Source of the DNA: Pocillopora damicornis | Lineage: Eukaryota | DNA length: 64,000 nucleotides | Direction: 5' to 3' | Assembly (NCBI RefSeq): GCF_003704095.1 | Contig: NW_020844837.1 | Span: forward strand, 310,001-374,000 | Part shown: positions 1-12,419 of the stretch, one piece after another | How positions within the stretch are numbered: the stretch's first letter is position 1 | Layout of the letters: each line of letters starts with the position of its first letter | The notes under the pieces: model-generated | Seen by the model: only the letters and a program-made list of their open reading frames with translations | The model's database searches: none | What the model was told of the DNA's origin: nothing | Translations under genes and position numbers: made by a program

Positions 1-3000
1 AAAAGAACTGTAAAAAAAGATCCCATCCTTTCTCCTGAGAAAATTACACTTCCGCGACACGAACTTTCATTTGACTACCGAATCAGCATAACATGTTTCT
101 CATATTTTGGAGATTAGAGTGAAAAATCCTAAATCTGAAAATTTCTAGAATGAACCTTGTGTAGTAAAATCCTATCTGTACTGAGAATGAATGAACTCGT
201 GGTCAAATCATATCACTTGACAATACGCTAATCCAAATCCGTTTATAAAACTACAATTTCAACTTCCAGATGAAATCTAAAGCAGATTTAAAGGTTAGTT
301 TTTATTTATATGATGTAAATTTGAGAAATAATGTAACATGTAACAGTAGACGATCCTAATTTTGCATCACAGGGTTAAAAAAAAAGTCGATGCCTTCGGT
401 GATTGCAGCTAAACAGCTCTGATTATTTATAGTTCAAAACCTTTTTGATCCAAACGTGATTTAAATGGAACACCTTCATTTACGATTGAAATTGTTCTTT
501 TTCGATTCATTACGACTCATGGAGAACACAAATTTACTGAAAGGAAAGGTAAGTTTTTTTTACAGAAAGTAGCCACATACTTTTCCATTAAGTTTTGAAT
601 CTCACATTAACATGCTATGAAACTTTCTGCTCAAAACGTTATTGAAGTTGGTGAGCGAATATTTTGCTGCACAAATTAATATCAATACCTTCTGTTTTGT
701 CGATAAACACTTTTGGTATGAAAAATACATGATCTATGGATCAAGACCTTTAAAGAGACAGCAATGATACACCTATCGACGCACATAATTTTCAAAGTAA
801 ATGGTATTTTTTAAGTTAAAGAATTTTCGTACGACAGCTCCCGACATTTTTTAAATTTCATTTCAATTTCCAAATTTTTTGTTTCTTTTGTATCATACTT
901 GCTTTGATGTGTAAAACTTTTGGCATTTCCTAAAGAAAGAGTAGTTGGAAAATTGAACTCTCCTAGAATGCTTTTCTTATTTGCAACTCAAAGAAAATTT
1001 TCCTCCTGTACTTCAAGATAAATTTAAAAAAGGGAAATTGACTCTGTTCGCTAATAATTGATGAAAAAAAAAGGAAATCCAACTCATTCCTTCTCCAAAG
1101 TAAGTTCACTTAAAAGTTTGCACCGGGGTTTTCTGCTGTTGTAACGATTCATCTGAAAAAATTTCTAGAAGCAGCAGAAGCTGTCTTAAATTGGAATAAA
1201 TCCTTATGAAATTCATGTCCAAATTTTCTCGAAAAGCCTTTCAAAGCTGGAAAGTAAATTGTTTGAAATGGAAAAAGTTTGATTTCTATTTAATATTTGT
1301 TGATTTTGCGCATTAACGTCAAGTCTTGGATATTTCTCATTTGTATAAATTTTTTTCATTTGCAAAGACCCCTCAATTTCTTCATCAAAACTACTTGAGT
1401 GCAGCTGTTCATTTTTCCAGTTTCAGTTTTCTAAGCAAAATACCTCTAGTTGAGTTTCAAACCTGAATAACCTTTCACTTCCAAGATCAAAGTATAAATT
1501 CTCTTCGCTGTCTGTCGTACATTTCTTATAATTTTTGCCTCAAGAAATTGGTGTTAAATCAAACAATATCCTTAAGGTGATAATTTTCTCTCTTCTCATT
1601 ACTGTTCTGCTCGAAAATGTATTGCTGCTACAAATAGAAAATCCTTTTTGATCATTATACTAAGAGAAGTATTTCTCTAACAGAGAAAGCTACAGCCTTT
1701 CATAAAAAGTACCGGGAATTTCTAACAACTGAAAATGTCTTTTTCAAAAAGTTACCCTTTGTCACTCGAGAAAGTATAACAAATTGCAAAATTGGCGTTT
1801 TTAAGTGTCAGTGGTTGTTAACATCAACATTTCTCGTCGGTCACAAGTTGGCGTTTGGTTAGTTTTGTGTCTCGAGGTGTTAAGTTCTTTTAACTGTCTG
1901 TTGGCTAAATTAGTTCGTCCTTATCTCCAGCTTCTCTTAGTAAACGCTATCGCATTTGTTCAGTCTGCGAATTACACTCCAATTGTAGGGTTGCATGATA
2001 CGCGAAATGCTATTAAAAGCTTACTTAGTGTGCAGAATAATCAGTGTAGTCGTGCGTGGCTTAACGGGTGTTTCAGTCATCTCAGTGGGTAAGAGTTTCG
2101 TCGTACAAAAGCGTTATCTTCAGAAGTGGCGGAGCGGTTTGTCACGCGGCTGGGCTCTTCAAATACCCAGCAAACCAAACTTTTCGAAATGTCACCTACA
2201 TTGTTAATTGGATTATAAAAAAACCTCTGTGTGAACCAGAGGTCCAGGATGTCCGTAATTTCTCTACCAAAACGTATAACCAGTGTCCCAAACAGTATCG
2301 CCAAGCTTGTGAAACAATTTTTTAAAAGAACACAAGACTGGACGTTTTGAAAAGCCGATTTTATGCTGCAATTAGGATGACTTCCTTACGTACTGTAACA
2401 TTAGAGGGGGGGGGAGTTTGGGGGGGAGGGAGGGTTGGAGTGATTAACATTGCAACGACTAACGACTTATGGCTAAAAGTAAATTGTTGGAGATGAAACA
2501 GTTTTAAGTTCTCTCTAAGGTTTAAGTACCCGAAAACACCTCCGAAGTTTTTTGATTTTTGACTTGAAAATAAAGTTGTCATTGGTTCAACTTCTGATTA
2601 TAATTTATCATTTTATCAAATAAACTTCCGGTTTTTGTTCTGAGCAGTTTCTGATTATAAGCAACCTAATATCCTAATCAAGTAAGAAATATTAATTTTA
2701 AATTCAAAATCTGCTTTCTTGATTAAAAATAATCCATTGCCACTTGAAAAAAAAACATGCCTTTGAAAATCTTCCAGCTCAAACAAAACGTAATTTCCTT
2801 TGGTTACTGATTATGTTTGGTCTTTTCATCTCGGAAGTAATCTGGAGTGATAAATTTATTTTGAGGCTTTCAAAATGTAATTTGATCGAACTCAAACACA
2901 TTTAAGCCAATCATTCTTTGTGTCAAACATCCATTCGTAACAAAGCAGAAATCGATAAAAAAAAAACCAATGACGTGCTAAATCTTGCGAAAAAAAAAGG

Positions 3001-3224
3001 TTTTTTTAGAAATCAAGTGAAATGCGCCATGCTGTGATTACTTCCTTTTCTATTTCGATCAATTTCTTTGTCAACTTCTCCAGTCCAAAAATACAGTAGA
3101 AACATTAGATACACTACACTAAGAGGAATTCAGAAACGAGAAGGGACCTGAGAGCAAACTGCCTATAAAATACCAACGAGATTGACTAATTTGATTATCC
3201 ACTTGAAGTTTGGAGATTTTGCAT

Positions 3225-3454
3225 CCATTCGGTCTGTGATTGGTCAGCAAAACCGGCGCTATCCTCTTAACCAATCAGACGCAAAACGTAAACTAATCGT
3301 GACCTGGTCGCCCGCGTTTTCCCGCGTTTTTGATAGTTTGCCTGTTTTTCTTTTGAGTGCTCATTGGCTAATGATGAAGTAAACGTTTGTTACAATTGGC
3401 CGTCGTGATTACTTTGGTTTGGGTTTTTTAGATAGTCAATTGAAAACTGCTCTA
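3225..3454. mobile_element. Partial copy of the TA-bounded CCAAT-rich MITE
   Basis: Ends TCAATTGAAAACTGCTCTA; internal similarity to 39730-39974. Confidence 0.65.
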
Positions 3455-6023
3455 TCAAAGTGGATAAATCGTCCAAGAGAAATTCTTCAACCTCGTCCAA
3501 TTGGAATTAAACAGATAGGTGAGATAGAAGTGATTTCTTTTTTAGCTTGCACCCAGGCCCCTTTTCGTTTCTGAGCATTTTAAATAAATATCAGGAACCA
3601 ATTTTCAAAGCAGGTTCTTTCGGTAGAATTTAGGAATCCTTGGAGGAAAAAATCGCTTATCCATTTTGTGTTTCATTCTTTAATTTCAAATTTATTTTTA
3701 CTCTATCAATCGTTCTTTCTCTTTGTTAAGTGTTGAATAATCATATGGTAATCTGGTTGAAGTCGAGATGAAAGGCAAAAAAATGATAGATATGCCAGAA
3801 GTACCCGTTTGTTTGAGAATAGGCTTTGAAACAACTTGTTCCTGATATTTAGCAACAACAAAAAGAAAGAAGAGAAAACGTCTGTAACATTGACTTCACA
3901 TCGATTGAATATTTTATAGACATACCTATAAATTTGGTTCGGAAAGAAATAAAGAAGGAATATAATTCTATGACGTCGAGCAACAATAGAAGTCGAGTTG
4001 ATTTCGGCCAAAACGTTCTCTTTGCCTTCATTGTCATTGACTGTATGCATGCTCTAAATCCTAACAAATTAAAAAAAAAGCAACCTACGTTTAATTAAGT
4101 CCTCTTGCATCTCTCTAAACTATTTCTTTCTGAACCCATTCATTTCCAATCCTCCTTTTCAAGTTTCTGATCCTCCAGTTGTCATTTCCTTCCCTGGACC
4201 CTGTAAATTAACATGTTAATTCATTACACGTTGCTCGCCATCAATGAAGGACTAATCACCGAAACAAAATCAACGGGACAGGGATTTCTCATATTACCCA
4301 TAGAAGCATATACCTTTCTGAAAATACCAGTTCATATATTTTTTTTTTCGGTCTTGAGTAGTAAAGAAAGTAATCCCGGAACTTCTTTCCGGGCTTCACT
4401 TTGCATAAAATTTGTTTTGCAAATTTTCCCTGCACGAATTTCTCAGTGATTATATCTCACCTTTGCCTGCCGTTTTCACTGTCCGCATGTTTTTTTCCCT
4501 CGCATTTAAAAAGGACAGCAAAACCGTAAAATTGACCAAAAATAGGAAAAATCATTCAATTGCCGCTGTCGAGTCATAGAAGAGGAAAAGCACAACGAGA
4601 TTTCTATTACGTTAACTGCTTTAGTGGAATCACCTTTTCTTCTTGTAAAATCATAAATTTTCAGAAATAACCCAACAAGTTACAGAGTGAGAGATACTTA
4701 CATTTCATCGGAGGGATCTCTCTTCTCTTCGCTGACCTCGCATAGTGGTTGTTTTGCTTCAATTCCTGCGATGACAAATTTAAAGAAATAAGACGAGAAT
4801 AACTTATTTTGTAAATTAGTAATTTCAGTCTCTATCATATGATGTAGTTCGGCTGTTATAATTTGCAAACTATTACAGGTTAAATCGCTAATAAACCAAC
4901 GTAAACAAGATAACCAATGTTTGTTTTTAACTTTTGGGTTCATATGCCTTATGTGATAAATTCTACTGCAGTGATCAAGTGCCCTGAACAAACAGAGCAT
5001 GCAATTAATGCAACGAACAGAGCTCCTTTGATTGTGCAAGAGATTTCTTCATCAACTTTAGGCAACGTTGAGACTTAAAGATGAACGAATATCTCATTTT
5101 AAGTCTATTAAATCTTCGTAAGCCTTAGTGGTTTCTTACCAATCAATTAAACTTTAGGGCACAAGGTCTTGCTCCGAAAGGGAAAAGACATACCCGAGTG
5201 GTTGACGATGTAAAGCTTACATAGATAAAATAGCTTTGGACAGGGTAATACAACAGCCGAGGTACTTTATTCAAAAGCGAATAATGCAAACGAAGTCAGA
5301 AAACTTACGTTAGCATCTTGAACAACAACTCCCTCCAAACAGTGATTCATTCGCTTACCTCGTCTCAAGTCATATCTATTCTGCCAAAATTCGTTCAGTT
5401 CTTCAAATTCGGCTCCCGAACTTTAGAGAAGGGAACATTCGGCTTGAAAATATTTTTTGAATTGGTTCTGAGCGCAGAAGTAAGTGGCATACGTCGGGTT
5501 TCTGTTCGGAGAAGCGCAACAAACCACATGCCACACTGACCTGAAGAGTGAGACAAACGTGAATGTATAATTAATTTTAAACATTATCTCGTCCTCATCC
5601 CACTGCATAAATTACCCACAACAAGTCCCGAGTTTTTCACATCACCCATGCAACTCTTTTTTCAGAGGATCTGTATTGAAATTCTGTTGAAATAATGAAG
5701 TGTACACGTTTTATGAGGTATCATTAAAAGTCTGAGAAAGTAAAGGTTGTCAAGAAGTCAGTTGTAAACAAGTGGGGGTGGGGAAAGTGGCTCTGAAGGT
5801 GATTTGAAAGGTGCAAAGGCTGTCTTTGGATTTCGAGATGTTTTAATATGAAATTTATCGTTGATCTCTGTGTGAGAAATCTTTCCTACTGTGTTGCCAG
5901 AAATCGGAAAAATATCAGGCTGAGAATTGTACCACCCAGCCCTTGCTACAAAACTTATCGTCCTTCGGACCCAGGTTCCAATCTTGATGATAAACAGACG
6001 GTCCAATAAGGCGATCAGCAAAC

Positions 6024-9000
6024 ATGGCTGTGATCGGACAATGTGAATGTGGATTTCTCGTCGATCACAGGAAAAGTATCTCTGAATCAGTTTCATCGTT
6101 GTCGTTGTCATGTAAAGAAGCTTTCTTTGCTCTTTACGAGCCTTATTTTAGAACTTCAACGAAGAGCAGTTCATCGGGATCAAAAAGGAGAAAGGTACAT
6201 GCAAGTTTTGAGATCAGGGAAACAGCGAAAGCAGTCTGAGATAATCTGACGAACCTTAATTTTTAAAATCAAGAATTGCACAACGATGAAAGCTCTGTAA
6301 CGTTTGTTTTTATGTGAAATAGTCACCCACCAGGAAACACTCTAAGTAAATGTAATCCTCTCATTTTAGAAGTTTGCACAATACAGTTGTTATAGTGATT
6401 GTATCCGACTCCCTCGTGTTTTGATTCATTTTGATCCGTTCATCTATCAATCGTAACCTTCTGTAAGATAGTGACTTACTTGCAGTTACCTTTGTAGCGG
6501 AAGAAATCTGTCCAAGTTGTTCGTACAGAGGAAGAATTAGATGCTGCTGCACACCATAGCAAGGTAAACATTCAACTTCCCAACCCTCGACATGCCAAGT
6601 TTGCTCACGCTGTCCATTATTAAATATAAAAAGATAAACAGGATTCTGCCTCTGTTGGTGAACATCATCACCATTCCCATGTTCTTTCTTGAGGAAAAAA
6701 AGAATCATCTTAATCAGTACTCTGTTGTAGCCTCCCGCATGGTAATGGAAATTATCCAACATGTACATGTGTGGTGTTGTTCAAATTAAAAAAAAATAAG
6801 TTATAGTCGAGTTGCCTTTGTCAAAGACAAGCACCTTAAAGAACAATGTCAAGTTTCCATCCTGGAAAAGTGCTTTTCCGAGATGAGTATACTAGGTTTG
6901 AAAACATAAACAAAGGATTTGAACATCAAATACAACTCTGAGAAGCAAATTGAGGATTTCCATAAAAAAGTGTTGATAAAAAAGTTTAAAAACTTAGTAT
7001 ACTAAGATGTGAAAGTTTCAATCTCTCAACCTTAAAAGAGCCTTTGGTGGCAGTGAAGAGGTAAAACTGAAGAAATGGTAGAGAGAGTTTCAAAGAAATG
7101 GTTATTGATAGAAGGGTGCTCAGCATTCAGAGGTTGAATCCCACTCAACTGCTGAATGCTGCAGCATTTGAACTGATTGGGAGTTCTGCTATTCGCACCT
7201 TGATGGGATGCCCGTCCATCTCAGGTTACCCCCTCCACCTTCCCTCCACTTAACATTTTGTGTGGCTCTCTTACAATTTTCAGGGTGGGGCAGGTTGGTG
7301 TTTACAAGTCTTGCCCAACAACACAACACAATGACCCCATTGGGGATTAAAACCCAGACCCTCTAAGTCCAGTGACTTGTGCACCAAACATTAAGCCTCA
7401 GCATTTCCCATGAAATCACTGACACACAAAAATGTTTACAACATCTCACACCAAAGCTTTTAGCCTCATTGTTTCTATTAATCTTTGATTAATGCAGATA
7501 AAAGACACAATTGCAACAGGAACAGAGAAGCTTGTGCACATTGGTGTGGATATGGGCTATTTTCTACCTGAAAATGATCTTAGTGAACAAAGTAATTTAG
7601 AGTCAGGTAAACTTTGCACCACAATAGAACTAGTCAACTAGTTAGACAGTTTCTACCAGAAAAACTGTGACCTCTTCTAAATGCTTCAATCTCCAAGATC
7701 TACTTGCCACTGTTGAAACAAATTTTGACACATCAATATATAATTGCCAATTGAAAGGAGATCATTGAGGATGAGTGAAACAAGTTCTTCATGACAGAAG
7801 TGCCACTTACATCGATGAGCTTAACTTCTAACAAGTTAGCATATATAATTTAAGTAGAACATCTGTGACTGGTAGACATTATTTAACTTCAATTCTTGAT
7901 GAAGACTAAAGTGCTGTCCTCCTTATTGACAAATGATCCCAATTTGTAAGGTTTATTACCCTTTAAAAGTTTTTAAAATAGTATTGAATTTACAGAACTA
8001 GCTTTTACTGATTGCAAGCACTTTTCTGGACTGTCAACTGATGTTCAAAGTCACAGCAGATGTCTGTCCAGTGATCATTTGGAACCTTTAATCATCAAAT
8101 GTTATTTTTTACTCTTGTAAATTGTAATCCAAGACTTAATTTTCATTTCCACAGTTGTTTATTGTTTTAAAAATGCATGTTTTCCTCTTAAACAACCCAA
8201 TGATTACCAGTTATGACTCCAGATCACAACAATTCTCTCCCCCAGCTGCTAAACATTTCCTTGTAAATCAGTAACAATAATTTGGTGTTAGCTTAAGTTA
8301 ACAACTTCTACCAGATAAGTTTGAGTAATCTTGTTGACTGTTTGTTGGATGATGTATGGATATTTTAGAAGTTCCATACTGATCACTTCTGGGGGTTAAA
8401 GGGTTAAGCTAATCAGATAATGCAGCCAGATAATTATCCTCTGGAAGTACAGTCAATACCTATCTTAAGCAGTCATTTACCATTAATGACAGAGTGACCA
8501 CTCAATACTAATTTACTGATTTACTGCTTAATAAAGGCTCCACAGAGTAGGAGTATTAAAGGAAATGATAAATACACCGTGTTTTGCCATAATTGACCAC
8601 ATAGTTTAACAAACCTTACTCAAAAACACCACTAACATCAATTTTGGAGATAAACATGGATTAAATTTTACTTGAAAGATTATTCTTAGTTTTATTTGAG
8701 AGGATGTGCTTCAAGTGATCTTTTGATACTGAAAGGTGGAGAAAAATACAAACAGGCCATTAGGACTTCATAAAGGGTGACCATGACTGCTTAATAGAGG
8801 TGGAAATTACAGTTGGTCATTAAGACTTTGAAAATCAACCCCTTAATACAGGGTGACTACTTCATACAGTGCCCCTTAATACAGGTTCAACCATACCTCC
8901 TTCCTTTTGACAAGCTCTCGAATGGCCTAAAATGAATGTTGTTGTCTTTGTTTTAGGAAAGTAAGTTAGATGATATAATATTACAGCATGTTAATAGTTT

Positions 9001-12000
9001 TGTAGATATTACCTGTTGAGAAAATTGATAAATAATTAACCATGTCTCTCTTGTACAAAGGTGATTTCACTGCAAGTGAAAAGTCTCTGTTGAACCGTAT
9101 CATTTATTACCCTGGTAGCAAACCCACAGTTTTGAATGTATCTGGGGAGAAATACATTTTACCTGCAGATTGCAACTTCTTGATGTCTGATGCACAGAAC
9201 TTAGGACCTCTTGTTAATTATGGTTAGTTTAACCATGATATGTTAACCCTAGTTAACTCAGTCTATAACTCCCTTTGGTGACCAGGTCAGACTTAACAAT
9301 AAAAGCTAAGTTTTTTGTTTGTCTCACGATGTAGTCACGTATGATGTAGATCACAACATTTCGACTGCATACTGCTAGTCTTCCTCAGGCAATAAGGTCG
9401 ACTGGTCATGCATGATCTTATAAAGCATGATGCTCTGCTGTGATTAGTTGTTTTTCAACAGCTCTGATTGGTGCATTTCGATCCTTGCTGTTCACTCAGT
9501 CAATAAAAAGTCAGACTTTCTCCTTACAATATCAATACAAATTCAAGCAGACCAGTGATGAGAATAAAGAAAAATATAAATTGGGTGATTATTGGTTGAT
9601 CTACCAATACCAAGTCCTCTAAACTAACATCATAAGAATAGTATGGCAGACAGTAAGGATAATATTATTACAAGTGAGATCTTGGGAGTGAAAGGGTCAA
9701 AAGAAAGCAGTGGCTTTTTGGCTTTTTCAATATTTTAGTAATGACTCAGACATATATTTATCATTTGCATCCTCAACAGCCCAATGCTATGGAGGTTATA
9801 ACTTGCTGGTGTTGGATCCTCCATGGTTCAACAAATCTGCGAAGCGTGGCTCAAAGTGAGAGGATTTTCATTTTTTCTTTTTTCATGGCTAACCCTAACC
9901 AAAAAATTGTGCACCATTCCAGATCAAGCTTGCTCCCTAATTGGAAAGAGTTGAGTTTAACAGTCATACAATATTACTGAATGGAGAGAGAAAAAGCCCC
10001 TTATCCTTCCAAAATATAATATTAACCATACTTTACTTTACTCATTGCTCCTCTTCCCTCAGCCAGGCCTTCATCAACCTAGTATGGCTTGAAGTCTTAT
10101 TTTGTTAATCTTTACATAATTTTTATATATCTTTTCAAGGTATTCCTTCATGTCATTATGGCAAATAAAATCACTCCCAGTCCCTTGCCTTCTTGCCCCT
10201 GGTGCTCTGGTGGGGATCTGGGTTACCAACAAACAGAAGTACTTAAGGTTTACAAGGACAGAGCTCTTTCCTCATTGGTCCATGGAGCTAATGGCAGAGT
10301 GGTACTGGGTTAAAGTAACAAGAAAAGGAGAACTGGTGACTGATTTAGATTCACCTCATAAAAAACCATATGAGCCACTGTTATTAGGACGTTTTAATCC
10401 AAAGATGGATGGTCTGAGGTCATCTTGCCTCATAAATAATGAGAAAAACTCTTCTGAAAAGGAGATGGAATCAGCCTTTGTTGATAGGGGATCTCTCAAT
10501 GAATTTTCACTTCCAACTAAAAGGAAAAAGATCAGTGATAATGATGATGATATCAGGACAGAATACACCTGCGATATAAATAAAAATACAGCTATGGCAA
10601 TTTCACTTGAGTGGAATCCACCATCAATATATAAATCAGTTGGGGAAATCACCAGCCAAGACAGTAGACATTGTGAAACAGGAGTTCAGAATCCTAGAAA
10701 TTGTTGGTTAAATTGTCAAGGAGTATATCATGAAGATAAAATGGACATCACACAGGGCTTGAATAGTCCAACTGAGGTTGTGCAAAAACAACAAGCTATG
10801 CAAAAGGTTAAGGAGCAGGAGCAGAAAGGCAGTATTGGTATTACGAAAAATAGTTTGAAAATCTCAAGTGAGCAATCAGAACCTAAAGAGCTAGAGCCAG
10901 ATTCTAAACCTTGTGAGTTGTTACCCTATCATCAGATCATATGCAGTGTTCCTTGTAAGATTCATTCCAGGAAGCCTCCTCTGCATGGTGAGCTAAACTT
11001 CTCCTAACTTATAAATTGTTAAAAGCACTAATCTAATCATGTATAGCTGCCTCAAGATAACTACCACAGGTACAGCAGATATGTTTCATGGAGTACACTC
11101 TATGGAAAAACCGAACTGAAGCATGAAGCTAAATAATGTTTTAGATATTCCCAGTTTCTTTTTCATCTTTCATATCATAAAATTTCAGAAAACTAATGAA
11201 AAGATATGTGTCCAGCCAACAAATTTAAATACCAAGGACACTTTTTGCCAATAAAATTAAAAAAGATTTTTTTAAATTTTTTTTTCTTTGATCTAAGCAA
11301 ATAGGAATGTGTGTATATGGTCATTATATTGCCTGGTAGGCCTTATTTTAGTTAAAAATGCCTTTGAGTTAAGGACAGTTACAATGTACATCTTACATCC
11401 TTTCCTAATATTTTACATAGAGGACTATATTATATATTTTCCACAGTAATGACCACATACAGTGTACCAATTCTTATCTACAATTTATGAAACCTTGTTT
11501 TTGTTTTGTTTTTCTTTCATCAGAAATCTTTTCAAAGTACATGCCACCTAATTCATTATGTCTGGAAATGTTTGCTCGAAATCTAACTCCTCACTGGACC
11601 AGCTGGGGGAATGAGGTAATCACTCAAGCTGTTTGATGTTTTTGTTACAACTACCTTACAGTGCGCAAGTCTGTTTGTTTTTTACTTCATTTTACTGTAC
11701 TTAATACTGTCATTGTCTTTTCTTGATTGACTTAATTTGAAAAGTGTTCTTCCTTTGTTTGGATCTTGTCAAGGTGAACATCAAAATATCAAGAAGAGTC
11801 ATTCAAAATAGAAATTCCCTTTCCCCATACAATGAATTTTATTTTTAGTCTTTAATGGATAGCCTTGCTTTTCCTCTTTGCAATTCAATTTGAAAAAATG
11901 ATTTCATTTCTTATCACCAGGTGCTTAAGTTTCAGAGCATGGAGTACTTTGAAGAGTGTACAACTGAACAAGTACCTAGAAAAATCCAAGAAAAAAATAG

Positions 12001-12019
12001 TATTCTTACAAATTGCTAA
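6024..12019 (+). CDS. METTL4: MT-A70 family N6-adenine methyltransferase METTL4 (8 exons)
   Basis: Exons 6024-6194, 6498-6563, 7498-7606, 9061-9222, 9780-9855, 10140-10987, 11524-11615, 11921-12019; all GT-AG with consistent phases. Catalytic DPPW (LLVLDPPWFNKSAKR), WVTNKQK, EWYWVKVT, SPHKKPYE, SVPCKIHSRKPPL, LEMFARNL..WTSWGNEVLKFQ. N-terminus MAVIGQCECGFLVDH resembles METTL4. An extra small exon between 7606 and 9061 cannot be excluded. Confidence 0.93.
7200..7410 (-). mobile_element. tRNA-derived SINE remnant (METTL4 intron 2)
   Basis: TCTTGCCCAACAACACAACACAATG core followed by the reverse complement of a degenerate tRNA-like head. Confidence 0.55.
8211..8403. mobile_element. piggyBac-type MITE family A copy (METTL4 intron 3)
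   Basis: Reverse-orientation homolog of 24411-24615 ending GGGGGTTAAAGGG-TTAA; left end degenerate. Confidence 0.65.
8448..8895. mobile_element. Degenerate Tc1/mariner(pogo)-type MITE in METTL4 intron 3
   Basis: Begins TACAGTCAA..CCT, ends TTAATACAGGTTCAAC, with internal repeated CTTAATA(C/G)AG subterminal motifs. Confidence 0.45.
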
Positions 12020-12276
12020 CCATGACCTTGTGGTGGCTGTGTATCATTTGCTTCCAAGTTTCTGATAGTGGTCTTTAGCATTTTTGCTGAAAGCTGTGAA
12101 GTACTGTCTTTGATTGGTAAAATTTGTTATCAGAAGTTGAAACCTTTGTAGTTTTTGTTGCAAAATCACCCCCACAGAGTGTTAAGATTGCAGAGTTGTC
12201 TCAGCAACCAAATTTTCTTCTTGATAGCAAGCTTCATTGTAGCACATCCTTATATCTAATAAAAACGCATTATAGA

Positions 12277-12419
12277 CCAGGGTTCAGTTGTATAAAGGGT
12301 GGATAACGCTATCCGACGTATAAATCGCTATAAGTGATAACAAAACATATAGCGTTATCCACCGGATAGAGATTTATTCAGTGGATAGTGTTATCCGACC
12401 TTCGAACAACTAAGGCCAG
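12277..12419. mobile_element. Palindromic MITE downstream of METTL4
   Basis: CAGTTGT...GGTGGATAACGCTATCC mirrored by GGATAGTGTTATCC...ACAACT. Confidence 0.6.

Noticed and set aside
2404-2440. G-rich tract that could form a G-quadruplex
   Set aside because: Isolated low-complexity run with no positional link to a supported feature.
5423-5540. Minus-strand peptide YFCAQNQFKKYFQAEC resembling an insulin B chain
   Set aside because: Cys spacing is off by one, an in-frame TAA follows, and no A-chain CC-x3-C-x8-C was found downstream.
7996-8120. Possible extra METTL4 exon after ttacag
   Set aside because: Open in the right phase but no convincing donor or homology; exons 3 and 4 join in phase without it.
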